From positions 1 to 54,284 of the forward strand of contig SHOH01000004.1 in assembly GCA_004294845.1 (NCBI GenBank): DNA of 54,284 bases, in the 5' to 3' direction. A model generated the notes under the pieces. The model was given only the letters and a program-made list of their open reading frames with translations. It was not told the origin of the DNA and did no database searches. Below are positions 9,255-18,950 of the stretch, piece by piece. Made by a program: the position numbers and the translations under genes. The DNA comes from Anaerolineaceae bacterium. Lineage in GTDB: Bacteria > Bacillota > Clostridia > Lachnospirales > Lachnospiraceae. Numbering within the stretch: the first letter of the stretch is position 1; every line of letters begins with the position of its first letter.

Positions 9255-10248
9255 TTTCACCACTAGCCATTTTAATAATAATATTCATTGCGTTTTTAAG
9301 AGAAGTTTCGCTTGCAATTCCTTTTCCAACAATATCAAAGGCGGTACCATGTGCACAGGTTCCTATAGGAACCGGAAATCCACCGCCTAGGGTAACGCTG
9401 CGCTCAAATCCTTTTAGCTTTAGTGCAATCTGTCCTTGGTCATGGTACATGGTTACCACTCCGTCAAAATCTCCCTTAAAGGAACGCATAAAGAGTATGT
9501 CGGCAGAAAATGGTCCTGACACCTGAATGCCCAGTTCCTTGCCTCTTGCTACGGCAGGACCGATTACATCAATTTCCTCTGTGCCACATCTGCCGCCTTC
9601 CCCGCCATGGGGATTTAATGCTGCCACGCCAATTCTTGGTGAAGTAAGCCCGGACTGTTTGATAATACCGTCTGCAAGAACGATGTTCTCAACAATATTA
9701 TCAATGGAAAATGCGTCACTAACCGCCTTAATTGGAATATGGCTGGTAACCCTTGTGGTCCAAACATTATCAACCATGTTGATTTCTCCGATTATCGTTT
9801 TAACCCCGAGCAGGTATGCGAAATATTCCATTTCACTTGCAACGGGACAGCCGCCGTCTAATAGTGCACCCTTGTTAAATGGTGCATAGCAGATTCCAGA
9901 GATAACCTTTCGGCTAAACAGTTCAACCACCGTTTCAATTTGCTTTAGTGAGTTTTTGCCACATTCAAGATTAATTTTACCCTTTACTATAGAATGATAG
10001 TCTGCATGGGGTACATTTAGTAATAGCAGATCCCCACTTTCTAGATTTAAATCATCAATATTCTCAGCAATTGTATAATCCACCTTAGTTTTAGTAAGCG
10101 TTAATGCTTCCTCAAAGGCTAAATTATCACCCACAATGATTATTCTGCATTGTGCTGGATTCCAAATGTTGCCAAGGTACTTGGCAACCACCTCGGGACC
10201 AACGCCGCTGCAATCGCCGAGAAGCAATGCAATATTCGGTTTCTTCAT
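9241..10248 (-). CDS. PdxA-family dehydrogenase (PdxA2 / 4-phospho-tetronate dehydrogenase-like)
   Basis: GD.SGVGPE, APFNK, TSHIP, LNPHGGE.G..G.EE, GPFSAD, MYHDQGQIA.K, AHGTAFDI.GKG.A. Its context in a sugar operon next to a DUF1537 remnant favours a catabolic PdxA2. Confidence 0.9.
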   Translation of the reverse strand: MKKPNIALLLGDCSGVGPEVVAKYLGNIWNPAQCRIIIVGDNLAFEEALTLTKTKVDYTIAENIDDLNLESGDLLLLNVPHADYHSIVKGKINLECGKNSLKQIETVVELFSRKVISGICYAPFNKGALLDGGCPVASEMEYFAYLLGVKTIIGEINMVDNVWTTRVTSHIPIKAVSDAFSIDNIVENIVLADGIIKQSGLTSPRIGVAALNPHGGEGGRCGTEEIDVIGPAVARGKELGIQVSGPFSADILFMRSFKGDFDGVVTMYHDQGQIALKLKGFERSVTLGGGFPVPIGTCAHGTAFDIVGKGIASETSLKNAMNIIIKMASGENEKI

Positions 10249-10266
10249 TAGAATACCTCCCTTACG

Positions 10267-11127
10267 CTATCCTTTTACGGAACCACTGGTTAATCCGCTT
10301 ATTACATATTTCTGCGCGAAAATAAAAATTAAGGTTGGTGGCAGTACCACTAGACAGGCATATGCCATTATCCAGTTCCACCGTACTCCATATTCGTTCA
10401 TAAGATTATAAATTGTTGAAGTCATAGGGAAAAGCTTAATCTTGGTGTTAAAGGTTAGTGAGTACACTAGGTCGTTCCAGCCATGTACAAATCCAAAACA
10501 ACAGACGGTTATTAAACCCGGTCTTATAACTGGCAGCACTACCCTTAAAAAGGCGGTAATTGTATTACAGCCGTCAATTTTTGCGGCTTCCTCAAGCTCT
10601 TTAGGACAGGACATAAACATTGGCCTCAGCACCATTACGGTAAATGGAATTGTGATGGTTGTTACTGCAAGAATTGGAGCAACATATGTGTTTAGAATCT
10701 TTAGTTTTGAAAAGTTAAGAAACATTGGAGTAAGCAGTAATGATGATGGAAGCATTTGCGTTACTAAAAACACCATGATAATCCACTTTACTCCAGGTAT
10801 CTTAAACCGTGAAATTCCATATGCCGCAGGTACTCCAACAACAAAGGAGATGGACATTGCACCAAGTGCAATTATAAGAGAGTTTTTAGCGGTGCCAAGC
10901 ACCGATTCCTTGCCTATAAGCAGTCCCTTGTATGCGTCCCAGGAAATACTGCCGGGAAAAAGAGTAGGGGGATTTTTAAAAATTTCCATATCTGATTTTA
11001 ATGAACTAGAAAAAATCCAATATAGGGGGAACAGCAATATAAGTGACGCAATAATTGCAACAATAAACAGTATTACATGGTGCTTGTGATAATCATGTAT
11101 AAACAGCTTGTTTTTTAAATGCTTCAT
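10267..11127 (-). CDS. Carbohydrate ABC transporter permease (MalG-like)
   Basis: Multiple TM helices, EAA motif (ELEEAAKIDG), C-terminal GLTSGSVKG. Confidence 0.95.
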   Translation of the reverse strand: MKHLKNKLFIHDYHKHHVILFIVAIIASLILLFPLYWIFSSSLKSDMEIFKNPPTLFPGSISWDAYKGLLIGKESVLGTAKNSLIIALGAMSISFVVGVPAAYGISRFKIPGVKWIIMVFLVTQMLPSSLLLTPMFLNFSKLKILNTYVAPILAVTTITIPFTVMVLRPMFMSCPKELEEAAKIDGCNTITAFLRVVLPVIRPGLITVCCFGFVHGWNDLVYSLTFNTKIKLFPMTSTIYNLMNEYGVRWNWIMAYACLVVLPPTLIFIFAQKYVISGLTSGSVKG

Positions 11128-12044
11128 TACATTGATTCCTCCTTTCTAATTAACCTCAAATAAATCAGAGCAACACAGAATAAAATCAGGAACAATATGT
11201 TTGCAACCGCCGCACCCTGTCCAAAATAGTAATTTCTAAAGGACAGTTTGTAGGAGAAGGTTGCCATAACTTCTGTAGCGTTTACAGGTCCTCCTGCGGT
11301 CATAACAAAAATATGTTCAAACACTTTAAATGTATATACAAAGCCTAAAACTAATACCGACATTATTGCCGGGCGTAGTAGGGGAAGGGTTATTTTGAAA
11401 AATTGCTGAAGGGCATTTGCACCGTCAATGCCGGCACTTTCATAAACCTCTTCGGATATGCCTGAAAGCCCGGTTGAAAGTAGTAGCATGTTAAAGGGAA
11501 TGCCTGTCCAGATATTTGCGAAAATCGGACCCCAAATTGCGGTTTTTTCCTTAAGGAGCCAACCTACCGGTTCTTTAATAAGCCCGGTCATCATAAGAAA
11601 AGAGTCAACAATTCCGGCGTCTGGGCTTAGCATGTATTTAAACAGTAATGCAGTTACTGTGGTGGGCATTACCCAGCTTATTACCAGTAGACCCCGTAGG
11701 GTTTTGGATAAGAAGAATTTTTTGTTGAACAATAGTGCAAGGAGCATCCCAAAAACAAATTGGAAAAATAGGCTGACTATTGTATAGGTAAAGGTGTTTT
11801 TCAGTGCAATCGGTAAAACATCATTGGAAAAAATCATACGGTAGTTGCCTAATCCAATAAAGGGTCGTTTTACACCCTGTGCCATGTTAAATACTGATAC
11901 ATCCTGAAAGCTGAGAACCCAGTTGTATACAATTGGATAACCCACCATGATTATCATATAAACAAGGGCTGGAAGAATAAAGGCAAGTCCGACCTTACTT
12001 TGTTTGTCAAAATTGAATAAAAATTTTGTTTTTTTCTTAGTCAT
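11127..12044 (-). CDS. Carbohydrate ABC transporter permease (MalF-like)
   Basis: FIGLGNY, EVYESAGIDGA..QQFF.ITLPLL.P; start at 12044 after AGAGG. Confidence 0.95.
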   Translation of the reverse strand: MTKKKTKFLFNFDKQSKVGLAFILPALVYMIIMVGYPIVYNWVLSFQDVSVFNMAQGVKRPFIGLGNYRMIFSNDVLPIALKNTFTYTIVSLFFQFVFGMLLALLFNKKFFLSKTLRGLLVISWVMPTTVTALLFKYMLSPDAGIVDSFLMMTGLIKEPVGWLLKEKTAIWGPIFANIWTGIPFNMLLLSTGLSGISEEVYESAGIDGANALQQFFKITLPLLRPAIMSVLVLGFVYTFKVFEHIFVMTAGGPVNATEVMATFSYKLSFRNYYFGQGAAVANILFLILFCVALIYLRLIRKEESM

Positions 12045-12291
12045 CGTATTCATCCTCTCTATAACTAAATTATAGTAGAGAATTTCCACATATCAATTGG
12101 ATTATTGGGGTAAAAGTTGGATAAACACAAGATTGCTTTCATTATTTTATTGATTTTTATTATTTCCACTCATTGGTGGGAGTGTCGTCTAAGGGTAATA
12201 TGTGGAATAAAACCCTTGTAGATTAAACCATATAGAATTTAGTGTATGTACAAAAACGCAGTAAAAAACACTTCTTCAAAAAGTGCTTTAC

Positions 12292-12362
12292 ATGCTGGGC
12301 AAGCCCAGTCCAGAGCAATAAAAAATGAAGTCTCACGACTTCATTTTTCATATGGACTGGGC
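12292..12362. repeat. tRNA-downstream hairpin unit including the tRNA terminator
   Basis: gcccagtcca...aaaaatgaagtc-tcac-gacttcattttt...tggactgggc; the outer stem is complementary to the tRNA 3' end and is preceded by ctgggc-aa-gcccag. Confidence 0.85.
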
Positions 12363-12428
12363 TACAAGGATTCGAACCTTGAGATGCTGGAGTCAGAGTC
12401 CAGTGCCTTACCGTTTGGCGATAGCCCA
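12357..12428 (-). tRNA. tRNA-Gln (anticodon CTG)
   Basis: TGGGCTA acceptor/TAGCCCA, D arm GCC-AAACGGTAA-GGC, anticodon arm CTGGA-CT-CTG-AC-TCCAG, T arm CAAGG-TTCGAAT-CCTTG; CCA is not encoded directly after the discriminator G. Confidence 0.97.
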
Positions 12429-12471
12429 ATATTTACTTGTCCATGGCTCTCATACAGATGCCACGAATGAT

Positions 12472-12500
12472 ATTATAACTCATAGCTAATCATAATTCAA
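12472..12500 (-). promoter_or_regulatory. sigmaA promoter of tRNA-Gln
   Basis: TTGAAT-17 bp-TATAAT. Confidence 0.7.
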
Positions 12501-12578
12501 GCCCAAATTTACATAATTTCGACCGCTGTTGACTTACCTTCTGTTGCCCATTACAAATATTTACATGGTTTCCCTGTT

Positions 12579-13757
12579 CTATTCCTCAGCTATAAAACTA
12601 TTCTCCAGGGTTATCACACAATTCAATCTGGAATCATGCTTTCTAAGCGTATCTACAATATGTGTCAGTAGTCTTTGCTCTTCCTCTTTGGTATATGAGT
12701 AGGGGATTACCAGATCAAATATCAGATTGATCTGGTATTCTCCGTTAACAACTCTAAAATCATGGATGGATGCCTTCTCATCCTGACTCTTAATTATATC
12801 TGTGACCATATCTCGTTTTTCTATAACCATAAGATCATTCATTTCTACGGGATCCATATGGATAACCAAGAATATATCCATTTTTTCAAGAACATCCCGC
12901 TCTATCTGGTCAATTGTCTCATGGGCTACTTCAAAGTCTATGTCATTAGGTACCTCGACGTGGATTGTAGCCATTCGATGAGACGGTCCATAGTTATGGA
13001 TTATAAGGTCATGGGTACCTACTATTCCAGGATAACTCTCTACTAAGGATGTTACTTTCTTGTAAGCCTCTCTGTCAACTGCCTGACCAAGTAAGGGCTC
13101 TAATGTATCCTTGGCGATCCCAATTCCAGATAGCATAACAAATATCGATACAACAAGACCCATGTATCCATCGATTTGCCAGCCTGTGAGACCTGCAATT
13201 ATTGCAGATATAACTGTAGCCGAGGTAACTAATACATCACCCAAGGAATCTGCGGCTGTAGCCATCATAACCGTAGATTTTATTCTCTTTCCAAGCTTCC
13301 TGTTAAATACCATCAACCATACCTTAACCAGTATAGAAAGAACAAGTATACCAATTAGGATTGGATTGAATATTACAGCTTCAGGATTAAGTATCTTTTC
13401 AAATGAACTCTTAAATAGCGAGATACCTACCTGCAGTATTAAAAAGCACACTACTAGGGCGGCAATGTATTCAATTCTCCCGTGTCCGAAAGGATGCTCC
13501 TTGTCAGCAGGACGCCCGGCTAATTTAGCCCCAATAAAGCTTACTAGTGAGGATGCAGCATCGGATAGATTATTAAATGCGTCAGCCATAACCGAAACAC
13601 TATTTATAAGTATTCCTACTATTAGCTTTACTGCAAATAATATGACATTACATATAATCCCTACGATACCGGCTAAGCTCCCATATGAGGTTCGTACCGC
13701 CTGATTCTGCACATTATCCTTATTCTTTACAAATAGCTTAACCAAAAGCTCAGTCAT
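12579..13757 (-). CDS. Cation diffusion facilitator (CDF) family transporter
   Basis: ADAFNNLSD, PADKEHPFGHGRIEY, DSLGD, HDL.IH.YGP, IHMDP. Confidence 0.93.
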   Translation of the reverse strand: MTELLVKLFVKNKDNVQNQAVRTSYGSLAGIVGIICNVILFAVKLIVGILINSVSVMADAFNNLSDAASSLVSFIGAKLAGRPADKEHPFGHGRIEYIAALVVCFLILQVGISLFKSSFEKILNPEAVIFNPILIGILVLSILVKVWLMVFNRKLGKRIKSTVMMATAADSLGDVLVTSATVISAIIAGLTGWQIDGYMGLVVSIFVMLSGIGIAKDTLEPLLGQAVDREAYKKVTSLVESYPGIVGTHDLIIHNYGPSHRMATIHVEVPNDIDFEVAHETIDQIERDVLEKMDIFLVIHMDPVEMNDLMVIEKRDMVTDIIKSQDEKASIHDFRVVNGEYQINLIFDLVIPYSYTKEEEQRLLTHIVDTLRKHDSRLNCVITLENSFIAEE

Positions 13758-13826
13758 ATATAATACTTCCTTTCAAAACAAGGAAAGATTTCTTATAAAT
13801 TTATCTTCTAAATCTTCTTCCTTATA

Positions 13827-14996
13827 CTATAAAGCTAAACGATAAATCTGATCCACATCCTTGCTGGTTAGTGGTACAAAGCTTCCCATGGTACCATTAT
13901 CCCCAAGTCCAAGCTTTTCTACCATCAAAGGTATATCTTCTTCTTTTGCTCCCAGATCCTTAAAGGAAATAGGCATTCCTATGGATGTTAGGAATTGTTT
14001 TAATCTCTCTATTCCTTCCTTGGCTGTCTCTTCCGGATTGGCGAAATTCATATTACAGCCCCATACTCTAACAGCAATCTGGGCGAAGCGATTAATATCT
14101 TGTTTCATAACATAGGTCATCCATGCTGGGAATATAACAGCGAGACCTGCTCCGTGAGCCACATCATAAAGCGCTGACAACTCATGCTCAATATTATGAC
14201 TGGACCAATCCTGATCCCTACCTACTCCCACCAGATTATTATGGGCGACCATTCCAGCCCACATTATATTAGCCCTGGCTTCATAATTATTCGGATCTGC
14301 AATTACTCTTGGTGTCTCTTTAATCATTGTAAGAAGCACGGCTTCACACAGCCTATCAGTTATCTCAACTTCTTTAGTATTGGTAAAATATCTCTCAAAT
14401 ACATGAGCCATTATATCTGTTGCACCGCATGCGGTTTGATATGCAGGTAATGTCTGTGTAAGCTCAGGATTAAGTATTGAGAATACAGGTCTCATGGCCT
14501 CTCCGCCTGTGCCCCTCTTTAGCATACCCTCTTCCTTAGTGATAACCGAGTCGCCCGATCCTTCACTACCCGCTGCAGCTATAGTCAGAATTGTCCCTAC
14601 CGGAAGAGCCTCTCTTATAGGCTTGCCTTCATAAAAATCCCAGAAGTCTCCGTCATACTTTACTCCTACTGCAATTGCCTTGGCAGAATCAATGGAGCTT
14701 CCACCTCCCACCGCAAGTACAAAGTCCACAGCTTCCTTTCTGCAAAGTTCTATTCCTTCATATACAAGCCCGCTTCTTGGATTAGGCATTACACCGCCAA
14801 GCTCTACGAAATCAATACCCTCACTCTTCAAGGACTCCTTAACTCTGTCAAGAAGACCTGATCTAACTACCGAGCCTCCTCCATAATGAATTAGTACCTT
14901 ACTTCCGCCGAATCTCTTAACATATTTTCCTGCCTTATTCTCAGTATCTTTTCCGAACACAAAATAAGTCGGACTATAAAAATTAAAATTATTCAT
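13827..14996 (-). CDS. Iron-containing alcohol dehydrogenase (NADH-dependent butanol dehydrogenase-like)
   Basis: AVGGGS.IDSAK, T.AAAGSE, DIMAH..ERYF, H.IEHELSA.YDVAHGAGLA. Confidence 0.93.
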   Translation of the reverse strand: MNNFNFYSPTYFVFGKDTENKAGKYVKRFGGSKVLIHYGGGSVVRSGLLDRVKESLKSEGIDFVELGGVMPNPRSGLVYEGIELCRKEAVDFVLAVGGGSSIDSAKAIAVGVKYDGDFWDFYEGKPIREALPVGTILTIAAAGSEGSGDSVITKEEGMLKRGTGGEAMRPVFSILNPELTQTLPAYQTACGATDIMAHVFERYFTNTKEVEITDRLCEAVLLTMIKETPRVIADPNNYEARANIMWAGMVAHNNLVGVGRDQDWSSHNIEHELSALYDVAHGAGLAVIFPAWMTYVMKQDINRFAQIAVRVWGCNMNFANPEETAKEGIERLKQFLTSIGMPISFKDLGAKEEDIPLMVEKLGLGDNGTMGSFVPLTSKDVDQIYRLAL

Positions 14997-15184
14997 ATGG
15001 ATCTCCTTTCTTGGATAAAAATTATATAAAATAGTAATTAATATTTCCTTAGAAATCTTAGAATCTCTTGTAAGTCATTGACACACCACTGGCTATCATT
15101 ATAATTACTAATGTAACATATTTTTAGAAAATTATATAGATTAAAATAAACAGGGATTATCCCTGCTTGGGAAAGGCGGATCAT

Positions 15185-15505
15185 ATGATTGTAACAACTA
15201 CACCTTCAGTAGAAGGCAAACACATCGAAGCTTATCTTGGCATCGTATTCGGTGAGGTAATCTCCGGTGTTGATTTTATCAAGGATTTTGCAGCCGGTTT
15301 ATCTAATTTCTTTGGCGGCAGATCTGGCAGCTATGAAGAAGAATTAATCCGTGCCAGAGTGCAGGCTTTAGAAGAAATGGAATATCGGGCAGCATCTCTT
15401 GGGGCAAATGCAGTAATTGGTGTGGATATTGACTATGAGGTTCTTGGAAGTAACAACGGTATGCTTATGGTTACTGCATCCGGAACAGCTGTACGCGTGT
15501 CATAA
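15185..15505 (+). CDS. UPF0145/YbjQ family protein
   Basis: MIVTTT..VEG..I..YLGIV.GE...G, GGRS..YE.EL..AR..AL, GANAV.G...DYE, ASGTAV; upstream TTGACA-16-TATAAT (15078-15105). Confidence 0.92.
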   Translation: MIVTTTPSVEGKHIEAYLGIVFGEVISGVDFIKDFAAGLSNFFGGRSGSYEEELIRARVQALEEMEYRAASLGANAVIGVDIDYEVLGSNNGMLMVTASGTAVRVS

Positions 15506-15529
15506 GCGCACAGCTGTTGTTTTTTATAT

Positions 15530-16525
15530 CTATATTATTAAACCAAACAGAATTACACTTATACCTATTATAAGAAATAGTAGGGTTCCGGGGTTAAGAA
15601 TGTAATCCCTCTTCCTTACCAAAGGCTCTATAGGTTTAATCAGCAGGACCTTTTTACCGTTTAAAATCAGTAATATTGAGCCTATCGTCATTGTACCAAA
15701 AAACCAGATTGTCACTAATCCCAAACCTAATGGGTTTTGGCTGGCAGTAACTAAAGGAACTATCCCCGCCCCCATAAGATTCATCAACATATGTAGTACT
15801 ATGGCATATATAATCCTATTAGTACGGATAGTTATATAGGCGAATAATATTCCAAGTACTGTCGCATAGAAGAACTGTGGTAAATTGAAATGAAATATTC
15901 CAAAAGCAAAGCCCGTAATTAATATTGCAGGTAAATCACCGAATCTACGTAATTTATCCAACAGAATTTTTCTAAAAATCAATTCCTCCACTATCGGAGC
16001 TATTATAATAGCATATATCATCACAAGCACCATATTGCTGTTAAAAAGAAAGTCTTCTAATGGATTTATTACCTCTATTCCTTTTATCAGCTCAATAAAT
16101 GCACTAATAAATAAACCTACAATATTAGATATATATGCTAAGGCTACGCATACAATAAAATATCCTATAAATTTTCCGGATGAAAGTTTTTTTTGCTCTC
16201 CTATTTCTGAATCAGGAATCTTCTTCATCAATTTATAAAATACAGGTAAGCCGACTCCCACGATTCCGACTACAGTCAAGACTACATTGAACCATCCGCT
16301 TTCGCTGCCATCAGGAAATAACATCCCCGCTATAAATGATACAATTAACTGAGTAGCAAATACCGCAATCGTCATAATAGATAGGTATAGTCCACAATAG
16401 CTTAATATCTTTTTATTAGACATTCCCTTTATTACCATATCAGTATTATCATGATACTCATCGAATATCTCTTCACTCTGATCTAATTCATTCTTATCAT
16501 CATTATAATCACCGTAATCCCCCAT
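15530..16525 (-). CDS. CPBP (Abi/CAAX) family intramembrane metalloprotease
   Basis: APIVEELIFR, FGIFH, H...N motifs; multiple TM helices. Confidence 0.9.
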   Translation of the reverse strand: MGDYGDYNDDKNELDQSEEIFDEYHDNTDMVIKGMSNKKILSYCGLYLSIMTIAVFATQLIVSFIAGMLFPDGSESGWFNVVLTVVGIVGVGLPVFYKLMKKIPDSEIGEQKKLSSGKFIGYFIVCVALAYISNIVGLFISAFIELIKGIEVINPLEDFLFNSNMVLVMIYAIIIAPIVEELIFRKILLDKLRRFGDLPAILITGFAFGIFHFNLPQFFYATVLGILFAYITIRTNRIIYAIVLHMLMNLMGAGIVPLVTASQNPLGLGLVTIWFFGTMTIGSILLILNGKKVLLIKPIEPLVRKRDYILNPGTLLFLIIGISVILFGLII

Positions 16526-16561
16526 GTACTCCCTCCAATCTTAGTAGCATCTAGTCAAAAG

Positions 16562-17965
16562 TTAATTACCTAATCCATACTTAAGTAATTTGGTGGAATC
16601 CTCCCATCTTCCTACGGAATCAGAATTCATAATTACACTGACTACCACTTTGTCATCTTTTTTGGCAACAGATATCAGACATCTTCCTGCCATTGTACTA
16701 GTTCCCGTCTTTAGTCCTTGACAATATGGATAATATCTACCACTTTCCTTCACAATCAAGGAATTAGTATTAGACCATGTTACATCAAAGCCATCTACAA
16801 AGACATTCCTAGCGCTACTTTTATTACAAATCTCAAGGATAGTTTCACTATCCGCTGCTGCTATGCCAATCATGCCCATATCATAGGCTGTGGTATACTG
16901 ACCAAGTGCATCATATCCATCCGGAGTCTTGAAGTTGGAATTAACGGCTCCTAAGCTTTTAGCTTTATTATTCATTAATTTTATAAATTCAGGAATTGCT
17001 TCTTTTATACTTGCACTTTCATTCATTAGAGATTTTCTGCCCACATAGGCCGCCAGCACATAGGCTGCGTCATTTCCTGAAGGAACCAGCATCCCCTCTA
17101 ACAGATTTCTTATTGTCAGAACCTGCCCCTTCTTCAGTCTTGCCAGTGTGGAATCGCTAGCCACCAAATCAAGCTCATCACCTACGATTACCTCTTCCTC
17201 CTCCATACACCAGTCCAATGCCACCAGTGCAGTCAGAAGTTTTGATGTGCTTGCAGGAAATACTGCTATAACCGGATCCTTATAATACAGTACCTCACCG
17301 GTATTTGCATCTAAGAGAATAGCGGATTTGGCTTTTATATCAAGTACGGGATTTACAATATCTAAAGCAACCTCTATCTTACTATCATAAATCATGTCGG
17401 GAATGTGTTTCATATAGTCCACCTGATTACTGTCACTTATTAATTGCATGTCAGGTAAATCTAAAACACTTCCTCCAATGGTATCTATATCTGTATTACC
17501 ATTATCAGGATCAGTTGCATCTCCAGCGCTGTTTTGCCCTTCACCGTCCTCATTAGTACTTGGGATTTCTTCATTGGCGGGTGTGTTTGGCTCCTCTGAA
17601 TTTAAGTTCTCCTCAGGTTCCCTACTGGTATCACCCTCTTCATCATCTGTTTCAGAGGAATTGGTATCCTCATTGTCCTCAGCCACATCATTCGCATCCT
17701 GTGGATCCCCAGCTGTAGCATCTGAATAATACCATTCATCTTCAGCAATAATATCTAAGGATTGATCCTGTAAATCACCATCCTCTTCATTTGACGATTC
17801 TGTAGATCCACTATCCTCATGGGTAGCTTCATTGTTGACTTCTTGCTGGTTTTGATTATAATTTGGGTCAGGCTGTTGTCCAATCATAAGCATGGTTCCT
17901 AAAAACATACCTGCTATGACAACACATGAGAATAGGAGAAGTCCCAATACGCTTTTTTTGTTCAT
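16562..17965 (-). CDS. D-alanyl-D-alanine carboxypeptidase (peptidase S11) with long acidic linker
   Basis: N-terminal TM; PASTSK (SxxK), SGND (SxN), KTG motifs. Confidence 0.92.
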   Translation of the reverse strand: MNKKSVLGLLLFSCVVIAGMFLGTMLMIGQQPDPNYNQNQQEVNNEATHEDSGSTESSNEEDGDLQDQSLDIIAEDEWYYSDATAGDPQDANDVAEDNEDTNSSETDDEEGDTSREPEENLNSEEPNTPANEEIPSTNEDGEGQNSAGDATDPDNGNTDIDTIGGSVLDLPDMQLISDSNQVDYMKHIPDMIYDSKIEVALDIVNPVLDIKAKSAILLDANTGEVLYYKDPVIAVFPASTSKLLTALVALDWCMEEEEVIVGDELDLVASDSTLARLKKGQVLTIRNLLEGMLVPSGNDAAYVLAAYVGRKSLMNESASIKEAIPEFIKLMNNKAKSLGAVNSNFKTPDGYDALGQYTTAYDMGMIGIAAADSETILEICNKSSARNVFVDGFDVTWSNTNSLIVKESGRYYPYCQGLKTGTSTMAGRCLISVAKKDDKVVVSVIMNSDSVGRWEDSTKLLKYGLGN

Positions 17966-18013
17966 TAAATATCTCCTTTTGTAACATTCTCTTAGAATAA
18001 CTTCATAGTGTCT

Positions 18014-18053
18014 AATAAAAAGGGACGTCTGATGCGGATATGAACGTCCCCTT
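18014..18053 (-). terminator. Intrinsic terminator
   Basis: gggacgt/acgtccc stem with a T-rich tract on the minus strand. Confidence 0.6.
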
Positions 18054-18119
18054 ATTACTTCTCATTGTAATATTTATAACCAAAGATTGCAAGGATTATC
18101 CCAAATTTCTAAAAATGAA

Positions 18120-18950
18120 TTAATGGCTAAAATCAATATCTACTTCACCGACACCGCCTTCAATCCTAATGGTGTTATCTGCCTGATAGTTATCATTATA
18201 TTTCCCTGATACCTTCTCACCATTAACTCGTATACTTCCTAAACCTGCATTTACTCTAAGTATATAGTCCTCTCTTGCACCATTTAGCTGTATCCTAATA
18301 TTCCCTACACCACCTTCAAAATCTGATCTACCAAAAATCCTTCCCTCGATCTTTATATTGCCTACTCCGCTATCTAGATCTACATCTGTAAAATTAACAT
18401 CAGTAAGATCTATATTTCCGACACCGCCGTCGACATCTACCCTCATAGCAGTTAAACCATTGCCCTGTATATCTCCGACACCGGCATTTATTGACAAACG
18501 CTCAGTAGTAAGATTCTCTAAATATACCGCTCCGACACCGCTGTCAATTTTTATTCTCTTGGCATTGAAATCTTCAGGTACATATACCGTTATTACAGAC
18601 TTAAAACGAGAAGTACCAAAATTAAACCATAAGAATCTTTTCATAAAGTCCGGTTCTTTTATCACAAGAGTACCGTTAACTACTTCAGCTCTAAAAAGCT
18701 CTGATACATTAGTTGCTTCTACCCTAAATCCATTACCGGGCTTAACAGTTAATTTGCCTACTTTATTATTAATGTCAAGCTGTTCTATTCCACTAAAATC
18801 CTTGCTAAAGTCTATTCTGTTCTCCTCCTCTCCGTTAAAGATACTTACCAAGCCCGATATCATACCTACGATTCCAGTCAGTATACTGACAGTTATAAAA
18901 ATCGCAAATGCGATGGCGGCATATTTAATAACCTTCTGAAATGTATTCAT
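18120..18950 (-). CDS. DUF4097-like beta-strand repeat membrane protein
   Basis: N-terminal TM; repeated (S/A/G)GVG.I.. units. Confidence 0.8.
   Translation of the reverse strand: MNTFQKVIKYAAIAFAIFITVSILTGIVGMISGLVSIFNGEEENRIDFSKDFSGIEQLDINNKVGKLTVKPGNGFRVEATNVSELFRAEVVNGTLVIKEPDFMKRFLWFNFGTSRFKSVITVYVPEDFNAKRIKIDSGVGAVYLENLTTERLSINAGVGDIQGNGLTAMRVDVDGGVGNIDLTDVNFTDVDLDSGVGNIKIEGRIFGRSDFEGGVGNIRIQLNGAREDYILRVNAGLGSIRVNGEKVSGKYNDNYQADNTIRIEGGVGEVDIDFSH

Larger units (their letters stand above)
2998..12382. mobile_element. Genomic island integrated at tRNA-Gln 3' end (carbohydrate-utilisation cargo, no integrase)
   Basis: Bounded by direct repeats of the tRNA 3' end; contains a self-contained transporter/regulator/enzyme module; no recombinase ORF inside. 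Confidence 0.75.

Noticed and set aside
9241-10248. Vitamin B6 biosynthetic pdxA linked to the PdxR-like regulator
   Set aside because: No pdxJ is present, the gene is embedded in a sugar ABC operon beside a DUF1537 remnant, and it lies in a different repeat-bounded block from the regulator.
72-12428. CRISPR array or integron interpretation of the repeated hairpins
   Set aside because: There is no regular repeat-spacer periodicity and no cas genes; there is no intI and no clear RYYYAAC/GTTRRRY attC cores. Only an analogy to attC is claimed.
12223-12470. Short ORFs 12223-12429 and 12246-12470
   Set aside because: They overlap the tRNA-Gln gene and its terminator.
15040-15130. Rex or response-regulator box upstream of the alcohol dehydrogenase
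   Set aside because: Only weak AT-rich resemblance (cttagaaatcttagaat); no convincing TTGTGAA-N4-TTCACAA palindrome.
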